A stretch of DNA of 32,000 nucleotides from Candidatus Saccharimonadota bacterium. Its GTDB lineage: Bacteria; Patescibacteriota; Microgenomatia; UBA1406; GWC2-37-13. Below are positions 24,333 through 31,777 of the stretch, piece after piece. The stretch lies in assembly GCA_016432445.1 (NCBI GenBank), contig CP066689.1, positions 60,001 through 92,000 on the forward strand, in the 5' to 3' direction. The notes beneath the pieces were generated by a model that saw only the letters and a list, made by a program, of their open reading frames with translations, had not been told where the DNA came from and ran no database searches. The number at the start of each line of letters is the position of its first letter. Position 1 is the first letter of the stretch. The position numbers were made by a program, and so were the translations under genes.

Positions 24333-25640
24333 ATGTTATCGGCCGAAATCTGTAAGCCTTCATCATCTTTTCTTCCTAGCAGAAATGCTACAGAAAGAAC
24401 AAATACAATCGACGTTCCATTAAAAGAAGAGTCGATTTTTAATTATTACTCAATCACCAACGAAGCCAAATTCCTCAAAGAAAACCCTCAATTGCCTCAC
24501 GAGCAAAAAGAATATTATCTTAAAGAAAACGTTTTAAGATTCTTGGGGGAGTTTGCCGGAAAAGTTCCTTACACTAAAATAACCTACATTCTAAGAGATG
24601 ATGGATTATATTACGGAGATCTAAAAGCCATGGACAATTATCGCCAGACTGCTATAATGCCTGAAGCCACCGATCGGGAAAAAGCCGAAGGGGAAGGATT
24701 TGAAAAAGTTGAGGAAGGATTACTTCAACCGGCAAACACCGCTTATTGGATTTCTCCTCCTAAGATTGCCAATTATGGATTTGTTTTCTACTTCACTAAA
24801 GAACTCCAATACGATAAAAAATTAAAAGGTTACAAGGTTACTGAATATATTTTAAGATATCCTGAAAAATTGGAAGATGTTTCAAAAAGTAACCAAATTG
24901 CTTATGGAATAGAAAGTAATGGAAATAACAAACATTACCGGAAAAACGCCAATGATTTTATCAGAGACCCTTTTTTTGATTTATCCAATCCAAATTCAAA
25001 TCTTAAAAAGATATTAAATCTTGTTGATGTTGATGATGAAAAGATATTTCAATCCCAACAGTTTGAAAAACAGGTTGAAGAAAAACTTTCAGGATTAATT
25101 GATCAATACACCAAAACTATTATGATACTATCAAAATATGAACCTTATGAACCAGAATATAATCAAATGTGTAACCACGCTGAAAGTTTACTAACTACTA
25201 TTTACAACAGTGCACGCGTCATTAAGCATATTGTTGAAGAACCTGAAAATCACAATACTGAGAGTTCTGTTTTTGAAAGAGCCAGCAATAAAGAACTTAT
25301 GGCTTACTTTTCACAAAAAAAAGCCACCGTAACTGGAGGAGGCAGTTGTCCTGTTACAAACAAAAGAAATCAACCTGCCTATTTATCATCTTTTAACGTT
25401 TATGCCCTAATGAATACCGGAAATCCCATTGAAAGTTTTATTCATGATCTTGATGAACTTTTTTCAGATAATAAATTTTTAGAATCTGATAGCGAAAACG
25501 AACACTATGAAGATTATGAATGTCCTCATTGCCACGAAACATTGTCAGGTGAAAAGAAAAATGATCCAAGTTCCTGGAGAAAAACATGCGACCACTGTGG
25601 TGAAGATGTCAGATGTAATAAAGAAACGTTAGCTGCCTAA
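24333..25640 (+). CDS. hypothetical protein with C-terminal CxxC...CxxC zinc ribbon, riboswitch-controlled
   Basis: Long ORF with no TM segment or signal peptide. The C-terminus is YECPHCHETLSGEKKNDPSSWRKTCDHCGEDVRC. The track start (TTG 24285) lies inside the riboswitch, so the in-frame ATG at 24333 is preferred. No family recognised. Confidence 0.6.
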   Translation: MLSAEICKPSSSFLPSRNATERTNTIDVPLKEESIFNYYSITNEAKFLKENPQLPHEQKEYYLKENVLRFLGEFAGKVPYTKITYILRDDGLYYGDLKAMDNYRQTAIMPEATDREKAEGEGFEKVEEGLLQPANTAYWISPPKIANYGFVFYFTKELQYDKKLKGYKVTEYILRYPEKLEDVSKSNQIAYGIESNGNNKHYRKNANDFIRDPFFDLSNPNSNLKKILNLVDVDDEKIFQSQQFEKQVEEKLSGLIDQYTKTIMILSKYEPYEPEYNQMCNHAESLLTTIYNSARVIKHIVEEPENHNTESSVFERASNKELMAYFSQKKATVTGGGSCPVTNKRNQPAYLSSFNVYALMNTGNPIESFIHDLDELFSDNKFLESDSENEHYEDYECPHCHETLSGEKKNDPSSWRKTCDHCGEDVRCNKETLAA

Positions 25641-25661
25641 AAAATCCTTTATAATGAATTT

Positions 25662-26072
25662 ATGCCGACAATAAATTACACTCCTATTGACGATATTATT
25701 GCTAACGGTGGTTATTCTTCAAAAGAAAAAGAACCGGCCATGGTTAAAAGCGAACCTTTAGAGATACATGAAATAGTTGAGCACAAAGAAGTTGATGAGG
25801 AGGTTAAACCGCATATTGAAGTTAAACAAGAAAATGTAAAACTGCCTGAAGATTTAACCCAAGCCGGAGTTGAAGCCGTCGAGACAACCCAGTTTCCCAA
25901 TCTTCAAAAAATTAAAACCCCGCTTTCTGACGAAAAAATTTTAGTAGGCCTTCATCAACCAATCACCTCTTCATTTAGGTGGCTTGCCACACTAGCTATG
26001 CATATATTAAAACAAGCTCATTTAGGCTTAAAGGTTGTTCATGGAAAAGTGATGAGAGTTCAGAGAAAATAA
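25662..26072 (+). CDS. hypothetical acidic protein with basic amphipathic C-terminus
   Basis: 136 aa, starting 21 nt after the previous gene on the same strand. The N-terminal two-thirds is acidic. The C-terminus is SSFRWLATLAMHILKQAHLGLKVVHGKVMRVQRK. Confidence 0.45.
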   Translation: MPTINYTPIDDIIANGGYSSKEKEPAMVKSEPLEIHEIVEHKEVDEEVKPHIEVKQENVKLPEDLTQAGVEAVETTQFPNLQKIKTPLSDEKILVGLHQPITSSFRWLATLAMHILKQAHLGLKVVHGKVMRVQRK

Positions 26073-26076
26073 TCTG

Positions 26077-26391
26077 TTACCCAGTAACTTTCTTAATCTC
26101 GCTTAAAAAACTTTCCTTACTCATAGCTCCAGTAAACTGAGAAACTACTTTTCCATTTTTGAAGATAAAAAAAGTCGGAATTGAAAAAATAGAGTACTGG
26201 GAAGCAAGATCGGCTTGAGCATCAACATCTACCTTAACAAATTTAACTTCGGTTAATCCTTTTGATATCTCTTCTAAGATTGGCGCTGTTAATTTGCAAG
26301 GACCACACCACTGCGCATAAAAATCAACAAAAACTATCCCTTTTTTATCTAATACCTCTTGTTGGAAGTCTTCTTTAGTTACTTTAATCAT
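26077..26391 (-). CDS. trxA: thioredoxin
   Basis: 104 aa with the WCGPC active site and the typical flanking sequence VDFYAQWCGPCK. Confidence 0.92.
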   Translation of the reverse strand: MIKVTKEDFQQEVLDKKGIVFVDFYAQWCGPCKLTAPILEEISKGLTEVKFVKVDVDAQADLASQYSIFSIPTFFIFKNGKVVSQFTGAMSKESFLSEIKKVTG

Positions 26392-26502
26392 ATGGACAAA
26401 AGTATTAACATCATTAAATAATAATAAAAAAAACTCTTTTTATCAAGGATAAGTATAATTTTTATAATGGATATAAAGATTATAACTGTTATATTTTTCT
26501 GC

Positions 26503-26531
26503 TTGAAACTTCAATAAATATATGATATATT
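26503..26531 (+). promoter_or_regulatory. candidate promoter of the Xer-like gene (very short leader)
   Basis: TTGAAA, 17 nt, TATATT, with the -10 ending 7 nt before the ATG at 26539. Confidence 0.4.
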
Positions 26532-26538
26532 ATAGGTT

Positions 26539-27399
26539 ATGGATAATTATTTCCTTCCTTTGCTTCTGGAAAAGTTTATTCAACACCTAAAAAGCCAAGG
26601 AAAATCTCAATTTACACTAATCGCCTATAAAAAAGATCTTGAGCAATTTATAGGTTTCTTAACCAGTCGTGAAAAAAATGATATACGCGAAGTTAAAAGA
26701 GAAGACATTGATGGCTTTATTAACAAACTTATTTCCGATAACTATACTAAAAAATCTGCCTCCCGAAAACTAAATTCAATAAGAACTTTTTTCAGATATC
26801 TTAAAAACGAAGGAGTAATCGAACAAAACCCCTCACTTGATATCTCTCACCCCAAATATACTCAAACCCCTCCACGAATCTTAAGCAAACTTGAATACCG
26901 AGCCTTACGGGATGTCGCCAAAGAAGACACCAGAACTTATGCTTTAATTGAGGTTCTTCTTCAAACAGGTATTAAAATAGGTGAACTGGCCGGACTTCGG
27001 ATTGATGATATTAAAGATACTAATTTACATATAAAAGCTTACGGCAAAAACAAAGAACGTGATGTTCCTTTGAATAAAGCTGCTAAAAAATCTTTAGAAG
27101 ATTATTTAAAAGCAAGAAATAATGTTGCCGAAGATCACATTTTTGTTACCCGCACCGGACGGCCTTTGTTAATAAGAAACATTAGACAAATTATTGACCG
27201 CTGTTTTAATGAGGTAGGGATAGAAAATGCAACTGTTAATGATCTAAGAAATACTTTTATTGCTCATCAGCTGATGAGCGGCACATCTTTAGAATATATT
27301 GCCAAAGTTGTCGGCCATAAACGATTGTCATCAACCGAAAGATTCCTTGACCTTGTTAAAGAAGAAGCCGAAAAAAAAGAAAAACTCGGCGAACTCTAA
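26539..27399 (+). CDS. tyrosine-recombinase (XerC/XerD)-like protein with divergent catalytic residues
   Basis: SAM-like N-terminal domain (YKKDLEQFIGFL, SIRTFFRYL) and a C-terminal catalytic-domain pattern (ALIEVLLQTGIKIGELAGL, GKNKERDVPL, LRNTFIAHQL, VVGHKRLSSTERF). Confidence 0.7.
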   Translation: MDNYFLPLLLEKFIQHLKSQGKSQFTLIAYKKDLEQFIGFLTSREKNDIREVKREDIDGFINKLISDNYTKKSASRKLNSIRTFFRYLKNEGVIEQNPSLDISHPKYTQTPPRILSKLEYRALRDVAKEDTRTYALIEVLLQTGIKIGELAGLRIDDIKDTNLHIKAYGKNKERDVPLNKAAKKSLEDYLKARNNVAEDHIFVTRTGRPLLIRNIRQIIDRCFNEVGIENATVNDLRNTFIAHQLMSGTSLEYIAKVVGHKRLSSTERFLDLVKEEAEKKEKLGEL

Positions 27400-27406
27400 A
27401 CACATG

Positions 27407-28531
27407 TTATTCATCTTCTTCAGGGCTAATCAAGTTAAATACCGAAACTAAAGTCTTCCAGTCTAACGATTCAGATTCAATCTCCCTAACCATTTTTAAA
27501 AGTTGTACAAACTTATCTCTGTTTACATTCAGTTTGTCGGCTACTTCTTCTTGAGAAATATTACCGCTTATAGAGTATATCCAATAATAAAAAAATGCTT
27601 CTTTTTTTTCTAAAGTTAAATAATGCTTGTTAATTACGTCTATTGCTTGCTTAACTAATGATGAATATCCCTCTAATGTTTTAGGTAAGTTAAAAGTAAA
27701 ATTGGTTAAAGGATTGGTTAAAACGTCGTGAATAAATTGTTTTTCTGCTATAAAATTTGTTGTAAACCATTCGTCATCAACCTCCTGCCCAAATCTATTC
27801 AATGTTACATTTGTTTTAGTTCCGTCTGTAAATGCTTTCAAAAATGCTTCTATTTTTATCTTATTGGTAAAGTCATCGGGTAATTCTCGATGATTTTGAG
27901 TATAAATTTGTTGTAACTCTTCCCAAAAAAATAAATCATTTCCGATTATTCCTGATTCTAGAAGTTCTTTTGCAAATAAACAGGCTTGTTTTTGTTGAGG
28001 AGTTTGAGCATCAACACTTTTCCCATGTTTTACTAAAGCGGCTTTACGTTTCATCTCTGAAATTTCTTCATCGGTTAAAGAAGCTGAAGGAAGGTGCCTT
28101 AAAGCTGCCCTAATTTTACTTTTGCTAAGATCTGTATAAATGGCCACCATATCTCCCCTTGAAGCACCTCGAGCAACTAAAGGAGCAAGTTTCTTTTGCG
28201 TAGTAGCTCTTTTTTTATTCTCTTCGACCATTTTTTCAACTTTTCTTTTTCTTTGCTCTTCATATTCTGGATCATGCCAAAACCGATCACTTCTAACTTT
28301 ATTAGCGGCTGTAACTCTTTTCCTATAATCTTCATTATCCCACGCTTCTCTTGCAGCTTCAGTCGATACTTCTCTAAGGTGAGGATTTTCTGCATAAGCT
28401 CTCTTTACACCAATTGAGGTTAATTTACGAGCCTCGGGAGTTCTAGGATGATTTTTATAATACTTTTTTAAGGCTGTTGAAATATTTGCATTTCTGGAAG
28501 AAAATTGTCCTTGCTCTATTGATTTTACCAT
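27407..28531 (-). CDS. hypothetical DNA-binding protein (NUMOD3-like N-terminal repeats, C-terminal HTH-like segment)
   Basis: N-terminal repeats of the type ...PEARKLTSIGVKRAYAENPHLREVSTEAAREAWDNEDYRKRVTAANKVRSDRFWHDPEYEEQRKRKV. The C-terminus ISQEEVADKLNVNRDKFVQLL resembles an HTH. No nuclease domain seen. Confidence 0.4.
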   Translation of the reverse strand: MVKSIEQGQFSSRNANISTALKKYYKNHPRTPEARKLTSIGVKRAYAENPHLREVSTEAAREAWDNEDYRKRVTAANKVRSDRFWHDPEYEEQRKRKVEKMVEENKKRATTQKKLAPLVARGASRGDMVAIYTDLSKSKIRAALRHLPSASLTDEEISEMKRKAALVKHGKSVDAQTPQQKQACLFAKELLESGIIGNDLFFWEELQQIYTQNHRELPDDFTNKIKIEAFLKAFTDGTKTNVTLNRFGQEVDDEWFTTNFIAEKQFIHDVLTNPLTNFTFNLPKTLEGYSSLVKQAIDVINKHYLTLEKKEAFFYYWIYSISGNISQEEVADKLNVNRDKFVQLLKMVREIESESLDWKTLVSVFNLISPEEDE

Positions 28532-28625
28532 ATCTCAAAGCTCTATTTTAAAGAATTAAATCTTTATAATCAAGGTTGAGTTTTTCCTCTGCTAAAGATA
28601 TACTTTACCTGTTACAAGCAATAAT

Positions 28626-29057
28626 ATGAAACTTAAAATCTATACCGACGGAGGGTCGTTAAATAATCCTGGGGAAGCGGCTATAGCTTACGTTATCTAT
28701 CTCAATGATGAATGTGTTTTAAAATTCTCTAAAAGGATTGGAGTCGCCACTAATAATTTTGCCGAATACACGGCCTTAATTGAAGCTTTAACAGCAGCTA
28801 AAGATTTTATTAAAAAATATCCAATCAAATCAATCAATGTTTTTTCCGACTCTCAACTCATGGTAAGCCAGCTATGCGGCCTTTACAAGATTAAAAACTC
28901 ATCAATAAGAGATCTTATTATGAATATAAGAGTACTTGAAGGAGAGATAAATTTACCAATAGTCTACGCTCACATTCTAAGAGAAAAAAACCAAATAGCA
29001 GATTCACTAGTTAAACTAGCTTTTAAATCCAAATATCAAATTTCAAATGACAAATGA
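28626..29057 (+). CDS. rnhA: ribonuclease HI family protein
   Basis: DEDD-type motifs: IYTDGGS (D), NNFAEYTALIEAL (E), VFSDSQL (D), NQIADSL (D). The last ~11 codons are encoded by the heptamer repeat. Confidence 0.8.
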   Translation: MKLKIYTDGGSLNNPGEAAIAYVIYLNDECVLKFSKRIGVATNNFAEYTALIEALTAAKDFIKKYPIKSINVFSDSQLMVSQLCGLYKIKNSSIRDLIMNIRVLEGEINLPIVYAHILREKNQIADSLVKLAFKSKYQISNDK

Positions 29058-29155
29058 AATCCAAAGTTTAAAATCTAAATTTAAAAATTTTTTTCACTCG
29101 TTATTTGGATTTGGGATTTAATTTGACATTTGTTATTTTGATTTTGACATTTGAG
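29024..29155. repeat. heptamer-repeat hairpin element (AAATCCA/AATGACA vs TTTGACA/TTGGATT words) between convergent rnhA and dnaN
   Basis: aaatcca|aatatca|aatttca|aatgaca|aatgaaa|tccaaag ... ttatttg|gatttgg|gatttaa|tttgaca|tttgtta|ttttgat|tttgaca|tttgag. Confidence 0.75.
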
Positions 29156-29156
29156 T

Positions 29157-30257
29157 TTATTCCTCTTGTATTCTTACTGGCATGACAATGTGAATAAATG
29201 AAGGATTCCCATCTATTTTGAAAACCACTGGAGCATCCGATCTTAAAACCTCAATTTGAAGCAGTTTAGTATCAATGTTATTTAATAAATCCAAAAGGAA
29301 CTTGTAGTTAAAAGCCACTTTCTGCTCTTCACCTTTAATTTGTCCTTCCTGAAAGGTATTGTTATTCTCACTGTTTTCCTTCTTTGGTCTCATAAATACA
29401 CCTTCTTTCTTAAACTCGCAAACTACAATATTGGAGAAGTCGCGAGCAAAAATTGAGATTAACTTAATGTTTTTCAAAAACTCATCTTTTTCCAAAATTA
29501 TTTTCGTTTTGCGGTCTGCCGGAATCACTCTTTCATAAGGGGGAAATTCACCTTCAATAAGACGCGAGTAAAACCTCGTGTCTCCAACCCTGAAGAAAAT
29601 TATCTTTTCTTCCGGAGAGTAAGAAAAAAATACTTCTTTTTCATCTTTAACAAAATGTAGGAGCTCCGAAAGAAAATCACCGGGAATAATCATTGAAGGA
29701 ATGTCTATCTGCTTTTTAGTTTTAATCAAAGACAATCTAAAACCGTCAGTGGCTACCATAATTAAATCATCTTCTGAAACTACAAAATTAACTCCGGTTA
29801 ATGATGGTCTAGTTTCATCTGGTGAAGCAGCAAATAAAATAAGGGGTAAATTTTTTTTAAAAAAGTTGACATCTAGTGTTTGCTCTTTTCCTTTTATCTC
29901 AGGAGGTAAAGGAAACTCCGTGGAAACAATTAAAGGAAAACTTCCTTTTGTTTTATTTTGACTGATAGTTACTTGATTTTCTTTAATGTCAACCTCTATT
30001 TTGCCAGGATCCAAAAACTGTAAAAACTCAGTTGTTTTTTTTGGCTCAATGATAATTCGAAAGTTCTCTTCTAAGGGAACAGTTAAAGTTGTATGAATGT
30101 AGGAAGTTAAGTTCGTTGAGTAAAAATGAAGCTTGTTTTTTTCTCCTTTAATTAAGATTCCCTGCAAAGCTGTTAAAGAAGTTAATCTTGACGATGTAAA
30201 TCTTGAGGCAAGACTTAGTTTTTCCAGTAAAAGATCTTTCGCTACGTTTATTTTCAT
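29157..30257 (-). CDS. dnaN: DNA polymerase III beta sliding clamp
   Basis: 366 aa directly downstream of dnaA. Three-domain clamp pattern: N-terminal MKINVAKDLLLEKLSLASRF, ATDGFRLS, FNYKFLLD, and a C-terminal MPVR. Confidence 0.9.
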   Translation of the reverse strand: MKINVAKDLLLEKLSLASRFTSSRLTSLTALQGILIKGEKNKLHFYSTNLTSYIHTTLTVPLEENFRIIIEPKKTTEFLQFLDPGKIEVDIKENQVTISQNKTKGSFPLIVSTEFPLPPEIKGKEQTLDVNFFKKNLPLILFAASPDETRPSLTGVNFVVSEDDLIMVATDGFRLSLIKTKKQIDIPSMIIPGDFLSELLHFVKDEKEVFFSYSPEEKIIFFRVGDTRFYSRLIEGEFPPYERVIPADRKTKIILEKDEFLKNIKLISIFARDFSNIVVCEFKKEGVFMRPKKENSENNNTFQEGQIKGEEQKVAFNYKFLLDLLNNIDTKLLQIEVLRSDAPVVFKIDGNPSFIHIVMPVRIQEE

Positions 30258-30363
30258 ATTTAAAATAGTAGTAGTAGACAGTGGGTATAAGTGTATAAAA
30301 TCAAAAATGGATTTTCAAGATATAACAAAATTGAAAAAAAACAATGTTTACGGTTAGTGGATA

Positions 30364-31689
30364 TCATGTTGATGAAGTAAGAGTTTGGGTTATACGGTCA
30401 ACCTCTTGCTTAAAAACAGGGTTTTTAATCATCAGAGCGGTGATTTTTTCAACTCCATGCATAATAGTTGTATGATCCTTTCTTTTTAAAATATCAGCAA
30501 CATTATCAAACTTCATCTTAAGTTCAATACGCAAAAGATACATAATTATTTGCCGAGTTAAAACTATTTCTTCTTGTCGGCTTGAGCTTTTTATGTGAGT
30601 CTGTCTAATATTATAAAAAGAACAGACAATCCTAATGACGTCGTTGTGAGATACTTTTTTAAGAACATTTCTTGTTCTTTCCTGTAGGTACATCTCGACA
30701 GCTTCAAGATCTATTTTTTCTTTGATTCCTAAAATTTTAGTATATACTGAAAGCAAAGCTCCCTCAAGAGCACGGCTGTCTTCAATTTCTTGAGCAATGA
30801 TCTTGGCCGCTTCCATATCAATCTCAATGTTTTTTTCTTTAGCTTTAATAAGCAGGATGGCTGTCCTTAATTCAAAATCTGGAGGTTGAAGATCAACTAT
30901 TAAACCACCGGAAAAACGTGATCTTAGGCGATCCTCGAGGTTTTTAATCTCACGAGGCGGCTTATCTGAGGTTAGGATTATTTGCCCTCCTGCTGAGGCA
31001 ACTGTATTGAACGTATGGAAAAATTCTTCCTGGACAGTTTGTTTCCCGGCAATAAACTGAATATCATCAACAATAATCATTTTTAAACTTCTATATTTTT
31101 TTCTAAACTTCGGTTGTGACCTTTCCCTTATTGACTCAATAAGCTCATTAGTAAATTGATCTCCTGGACAAAAAAATATTTTTTTGCTTTGATCTTTTTC
31201 CAATACGGTTCTTCCCACAGCTTGAGCCAAATGAGTTTTACCAACACCGACGCCTCCATATAAAAACAAAGGATTGTAAGCTGTTCCTAAGTTGCGGCTC
31301 ACAGCCTGAGCAGCAGCATAAGCAACCTGGTTGGTTGATGAGACAGCAAAGTTATCAAAGCGGTATTTAGCATGAAGCCCTGATTTTAAATAAATATCTT
31401 CCATTGACGGTTCAAAACGCAGTAAAGGCGGCTCTTTTTTTCTTTTTTTTTCTTCCAAGATAAACTCGATGGAGGTTTTTTTATTAAGGTAGGATAAAAG
31501 AAGATGTTCTATTATTGAAATTTTTTTTTCAAGATAAATTTTTACACCTTGGTTCTCACAACGGGCAATAATTTTGCTGTCGCTTATCTTAAGAGGCTTA
31601 AGTTCTTTTAAGATGGAGTGAATAATGGGATTCTTTTGGTCAGTTTTTTCTACATGCTGTACAAATTCATTCCAAAAAGATTGTAACAT
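30364..31689 (-). CDS. dnaA: chromosomal replication initiator DnaA
   Basis: F.NF.V...N..A..A, Walker A GGVGVGKTHL, Walker B IIVDDIQF, and the domain IV DNA-binding region (RQIIMYLLR......F..VA..L.RKDHTTIMHGVEKI). Confidence 0.96.
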   Translation of the reverse strand: MLQSFWNEFVQHVEKTDQKNPIIHSILKELKPLKISDSKIIARCENQGVKIYLEKKISIIEHLLLSYLNKKTSIEFILEEKKRKKEPPLLRFEPSMEDIYLKSGLHAKYRFDNFAVSSTNQVAYAAAQAVSRNLGTAYNPLFLYGGVGVGKTHLAQAVGRTVLEKDQSKKIFFCPGDQFTNELIESIRERSQPKFRKKYRSLKMIIVDDIQFIAGKQTVQEEFFHTFNTVASAGGQIILTSDKPPREIKNLEDRLRSRFSGGLIVDLQPPDFELRTAILLIKAKEKNIEIDMEAAKIIAQEIEDSRALEGALLSVYTKILGIKEKIDLEAVEMYLQERTRNVLKKVSHNDVIRIVCSFYNIRQTHIKSSSRQEEIVLTRQIIMYLLRIELKMKFDNVADILKRKDHTTIMHGVEKITALMIKNPVFKQEVDRITQTLTSST

Positions 31690-31705
31690 AAGGCTAATTT
31701 AACAA

Positions 31706-31724
31706 TGTGGATAACTTATCCACA
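31706..31724. promoter_or_regulatory. two perfect DnaA boxes in inverted orientation
   Basis: TGTGGATAA (31706-31714), then c, then TTATCCACA (31716-31724), starting 17 nt upstream of the dnaA start codon. Confidence 0.75.
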
Positions 31725-31777
31725 AATAATAAACATTTACACAACAAAAAGCAAGAGGATATTTCTATAATTTTCAT

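Noticed and set aside
26400-28620. Considered whether the Xer-like gene plus the NUMOD3-like gene marks an integrated prophage or genomic island.
   Set aside because: There are no flanking direct repeats, no tRNA target, no phage structural or replication genes, and no obvious compositional shift visible by eye.
3668-29155. Considered whether the repeat arrays are CRISPR arrays.
   Set aside because: The repeat unit is only 7 nt and degenerate. There are no unique spacers of 25-40 nt. Each array is followed by its own reverse complement. No cas genes are in the window.
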